DNA of 62,409 nucleotides from a virus (Duplodnaviria; Caudoviricetes): IMG/VR virus record IMGVR_UViG_3300012931_000021, positions 1 to 62,409 of that record; one strand, 5' to 3'. Shown piece by piece: positions 59,206 to 62,409 of this stretch (position 1 is its first letter; each line of letters starts with the position of its first letter). The notes under the pieces were generated by a model. It saw only the letters and a program-made list of their open reading frames with translations, ran no database searches and was not told where the DNA came from. The position numbers and the translations under genes were made by a program.

Positions 59206-59910
59206 GTGGAAAGCAATCTTGATGTATCTTCGCTAGATAAATACCGTATAACTGAAAATGGCATATCGAAGGATACTAGTGCTCTGCTACATCTTAATGG
59301 TTCTGATGCTTCTACTACTTTTACGGATGAAACTGGAAAGGTTTGGGGTGCATTTGGGAATGCACAACTAGATACTGCACAAAAAGTTTTTGGTACAGCT
59401 TCATTGCTTTTAGCTGGCACTGATTTCATTTATACTGCACCTCATGATGATTTTAATTTAGGAGTTGGAAATTTTACAATAGAAGCAAGAGTTAGAGTAA
59501 ATAGTTTCCCTACTCTCGGTTTTATAATGAGTCAAAGAATATCTGCGACAGCTTCTCGTACATATCAGATATATTTATATAATGCAGATAGGTCGATTCA
59601 TTTCAGCGTTCATACATCTGGAGGAGCTATTGGAGGAGATTTTAATACTGATTTATCGACAGGTACTTGGTATCATGTGGCTATAGTAAGAAACAGTGCA
59701 ACATTGACATGTTATCTAAATGGAACTGCTGAAGCTACTACATATAATATAAGCACTTATTCAGTAAATTCTTCACAAGCTCCTTTATTAATCGGTAATG
59801 CTGGATATTCTTATGCAACTGAAGGTTTTAACGGTTGGATAGATGAATTTAGAATTAGTAAAGTAGCGCGTTGGACAAGTGATTTTACACCTCCAATAGC
59901 TGAATATTAA
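59206..59910 (+). CDS. LamG/ConA-like domain receptor-binding protein
   Basis: LLHLNG, FTIE, WYHVAIVR, YLNG, GWIDEFRISK.AR. Confidence 0.85.
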   Translation: MESNLDVSSLDKYRITENGISKDTSALLHLNGSDASTTFTDETGKVWGAFGNAQLDTAQKVFGTASLLLAGTDFIYTAPHDDFNLGVGNFTIEARVRVNSFPTLGFIMSQRISATASRTYQIYLYNADRSIHFSVHTSGGAIGGDFNTDLSTGTWYHVAIVRNSATLTCYLNGTAEATTYNISTYSVNSSQAPLLIGNAGYSYATEGFNGWIDEFRISKVARWTSDFTPPIAEY

Positions 59911-59919
59911 TGAGAGGAG

Positions 59920-60213
59920 ATGAGACAATTGGAAAAATCATTCGAACAATTTCTTGTTGATGAGATAAAGTTGATTCGTACAGGTGTAGATGACTTATCG
60001 ACACAAGTGACTGACTTACACCTGAAGATGACTGAATATGTCCCTAAGTCACAGGTTGAGGATATTCAAAAATCTATGAGTAAGAGATGTGATGATTGCA
60101 AAGAAAGCAATGCTGGAGACCATAGGTCATTAACAGGATGGATAATTGGGGCATATCTGTTCATAATGACAACTGCAGTAACACTATTTACAACACTGTT
60201 TAACAAAAAGTGA
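59920..60213 (+). CDS. Coiled-coil + C-terminal TM lysis-cassette protein
   Basis: C-terminal hydrophobic helix; upstream of the endolysin. Confidence 0.6.
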   Translation: MRQLEKSFEQFLVDEIKLIRTGVDDLSTQVTDLHLKMTEYVPKSQVEDIQKSMSKRCDDCKESNAGDHRSLTGWIIGAYLFIMTTAVTLFTTLFNKK

Positions 60214-60237
60214 TAATATAGAAAGGAGAGATTTATC

Positions 60238-61011
60238 ATGGCACACAGAGTTTACATCAGTGCAAGTACACAAAAAGCCAACATCGGAGTAGGACAGTAT
60301 GGCATAGAACAGGACAGAATGCAATTTCTGGCAGACAGAATTAAGTACTGGCTTGAAACACAGAAGGGACAATTTACTGTATTTAGAAATGAGCCAGGAT
60401 GGACACTAAAGAAAACAGTAGACCACTGCAACAGCATGGCATGCGAGATGTTTCTTGACAATCATACCAATGCTGGAGGAATTGAAAAGATTGCAGGTGA
60501 TGGTGGAGCTGAAGGTACTTCAATTTTCTATTCTGGAAAGATGGGCATTGACAGCAACAGTTACAAACTCGCATCAGCAATCTATAAGCATGTAGCACCA
60601 TTGTCACCTGGAAAGGACAGAGGGGTTGACCCTGACACATCTCTGTATGCTTCAGGATTGTATGTCATAAGGAACACTAACCCTCCGGCAACATTAATCG
60701 AACATATCTTCCACACTAACTATGCAGAAGTTGAGTATTATTTGAAACATGTTGATGACTTTGCAAAGGAGACAGCGAAGGGTATATGTGACTATTTTGG
60801 AATCACATGGGTGGAAGCATGTGTATCTTCAGGTGGTATCCACGTAGTTATAAATGGTGTTGACATTGATGATAAAATGGATGTAAAAGCATCAATGGTC
60901 AATGGCAGAGTAGTAGTGCCTGTGAGATATATAGCCGAAGCTTTGGGTTGTAGTGTCACATGGAATAACAAGACAAAGACAGTAACTTTGACAAGCAAGG
61001 AGGTGAAATAA
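60238..61011 (+). CDS. Endolysin: Amidase_3 + copper-amine-oxidase-N-like cell-wall-binding domain
   Basis: E, HTNA, LIE..FH; NGRVVVPVRYIAEALG..V.WN..TKTV. Confidence 0.88.
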   Translation: MAHRVYISASTQKANIGVGQYGIEQDRMQFLADRIKYWLETQKGQFTVFRNEPGWTLKKTVDHCNSMACEMFLDNHTNAGGIEKIAGDGGAEGTSIFYSGKMGIDSNSYKLASAIYKHVAPLSPGKDRGVDPDTSLYASGLYVIRNTNPPATLIEHIFHTNYAEVEYYLKHVDDFAKETAKGICDYFGITWVEACVSSGGIHVVINGVDIDDKMDVKASMVNGRVVVPVRYIAEALGCSVTWNNKTKTVTLTSKEVK

Positions 61012-61012
61012 C

Positions 61013-61321
61013 ATGATAGAACTGGAATATATAATACTTTTTGCTATGGCAATAGTTGAAGTCGTTAAGAAAAGATTACCAGATAGTATGAGTGATATGA
61101 AACCATTTATAGCGTTTGCAATTGCAATTGGATGCAATCTTCTTAACGCATTGTTGTTCAAAGGTGATATGCTGGTAGCAGGTAAAGAAGCATTTGTAGC
61201 AGCAGGTGTAGCATTAACTTTATTCAGTGGTGGTAGTGCAATAGGCAAAGCAATATCTACAAAAACCACATCCACAACAACTACACAAGCCGTTTCGGAG
61301 GATAAAACTCAAAACGGGTAA
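61013..61321 (+). CDS. Holin
   Basis: 2-3 TM helices, IVEVVK; follows the endolysin. Confidence 0.75.
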   Translation: MIELEYIILFAMAIVEVVKKRLPDSMSDMKPFIAFAIAIGCNLLNALLFKGDMLVAGKEAFVAAGVALTLFSGGSAIGKAISTKTTSTTTTQAVSEDKTQNG

Positions 61322-61343
61322 TCTCTCCTAAAATATAATTGAC

Positions 61344-61374
61344 GCCACCCTGGAACAATTCTGGGGTGGTTTTT
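61344..61374 (+). terminator. Late-operon terminator
   Basis: CCACCCTGGAA/TTCTGGGGTGG hairpin followed by T tract. Confidence 0.85.
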
Positions 61375-61482
61375 CTATGTCATGAATTGGCTTAAATCCA
61401 AAATTTTGACAAATAGACATATTCAAAAATGGGACATCAAAGTACCTTACTGCTTAAAAATAATTGACAGTTTTGAATAACC

Positions 61483-61604
61483 CATCAACTATGCACTTTA
61501 CATGACTCAATTTTAGGACTCCAGTCCCAGTAAAAAGATAGGACTATAGTCCTAGTAAAAATAGGTCTATAGACCCATGCGAAATTTTTATAAAGCCTCA
61601 TAAT
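61483..61604 (+). promoter_or_regulatory. 122-bp early promoter/operator array, copy B
   Basis: Imperfect reverse complement of 30354-30475; three palindromes plus CATAAT. Confidence 0.8.
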
Positions 61605-61663
61605 AGGATTATGTTCGTTGTCGAACAAATAAAAATTTTGAACCTTGAAAGGGGAATACGGTA

Positions 61664-62035
61664 ATGGAAAAGACGAAAGGGATTTTCAAAGTAACATCCA
61701 AGTTTAATGAAGGATTTCAGTACTTGGGTTCAAGCAGACAGACGGAGATAGCGTTCAGAGATTATTGCAAATGGTGCATTAAGGGAATTGCTCCAAAAGC
61801 AATGCAGACAGAATTTGATAGAGTCTCCAAAGACAACAAAGATATCAAACCGGAGGATATGTTCAAATGTGAGATGGTCGAAGTTGCAAAGTCAGATGAA
61901 GAACTTGATATTCTCAAAGAAAGACATCTTCCCAAAAGACCTGTAGGGACAGCAATAATTGCAGAAGTAGCTACTGAAATCAAACCAGAAGTTAAACCGG
62001 AACACAAGAAACCTACAGTGACAATTAAGAAATGA
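61664..62035 (+). CDS. Degenerate GIY-YIG-like protein
   Basis: KGIFKVT...QYLGSS..EIAFRDY..W. Confidence 0.65.
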   Translation: MEKTKGIFKVTSKFNEGFQYLGSSRQTEIAFRDYCKWCIKGIAPKAMQTEFDRVSKDNKDIKPEDMFKCEMVEVAKSDEELDILKERHLPKRPVGTAIIAEVATEIKPEVKPEHKKPTVTIKK

Positions 62036-62052
62036 CATAGTACATATCAGAT

Positions 62053-62084
62053 AGCACCAGTTTCAAACGAGACTGGTGCTTTTT
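62053..62084 (+). terminator. Intrinsic terminator
   Basis: AGCACCAGTTTC/GAGACTGGTGCT hairpin followed by T tract. Confidence 0.88.
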
Positions 62085-62286
62085 CTTTGCTATCATGGCG
62101 AATTTTCACGTTTTATTCCCATAAACAATTCAATCACTTTCTAATATATCGAAAATTGTTGATTTAGTGCGACACATGAAGACCTTTATGTGTAGTTATT
62201 GCTAATTGCCATTTTTAATTCTTTTTGGCGTTAAATCGGGTGTGATAACATTTATACATTAGCGCATAATTACATTATTGATTCGG

Positions 62287-62409
62287 AACGTTGACAACTA
62301 CATACAATCCAGTGAGTACCAAGAAACCACGGCGAAGACACTTCTGGCAGTTCCAGATGGTGAGCAGTGAGGAAACAATGAGAAAGCTGCGAGTCAGAAA
62401 AAAAAAAAT
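62287..62409. repeat. Terminal direct repeat identical to 1-123
   Basis: Exact match. Confidence 0.95.

Noticed and set aside
55665-59910. Diversity-generating retroelement
   Set aside because: No reverse transcriptase and no TR/VR pair with adenine-specific differences
1-62409. Stop-codon reassignment
   Set aside because: Core genes are full length under code 11, and TAA, TAG and TGA all end genes normally

Overview
The window is a complete, circularly assembled dsDNA tailed phage genome of about 62,286 bp (bases 1-123 are repeated at 62287-62409). It is low-GC with Firmicutes-type RBSs, and the host is probably clostridial (inferred from the sigma factor and the endolysin cell-wall-binding domain). 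No integrase or CI-type repressor was recognised. Gene order: early genes (61.6 kb to 2.3 kb across the junction); sigma factor and SNF2 helicase; exonuclease/Sak4-like ATPase/SSB module split by a ~0.9-kb highly structured non-coding region containing an aberrant tRNA; TOPRIM primase-MCM helicase fusion; putative nucleotide-modification cluster (FAD oxidoreductase, NTP-PPase/HAD fusion, DUF1599, two SDRs, MTase, divergent ThyX); DnaE; class II RNR; a minus-strand early cassette (28.2-30.3 kb); accessory genes; terminase, portal, MuF-ADP-ribosyltransferase, capsid, siphovirus tail and lysis genes. Most notable unexplained signals: four type II hammerhead ribozymes between early genes (one with a ~125-nt insert in stem III, one directly before a gene for a putative secreted hexapeptide), the large structured RNA, at least 21 evenly dispersed copies of TCTTCAGGTG, two 122-bp inverted operator/promoter repeats almost exactly opposite on the circle, and a duplicated 105-bp structured element flanked by iteron-like 13-mers. 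All assignments come from reading motifs by eye; no database searches were run.
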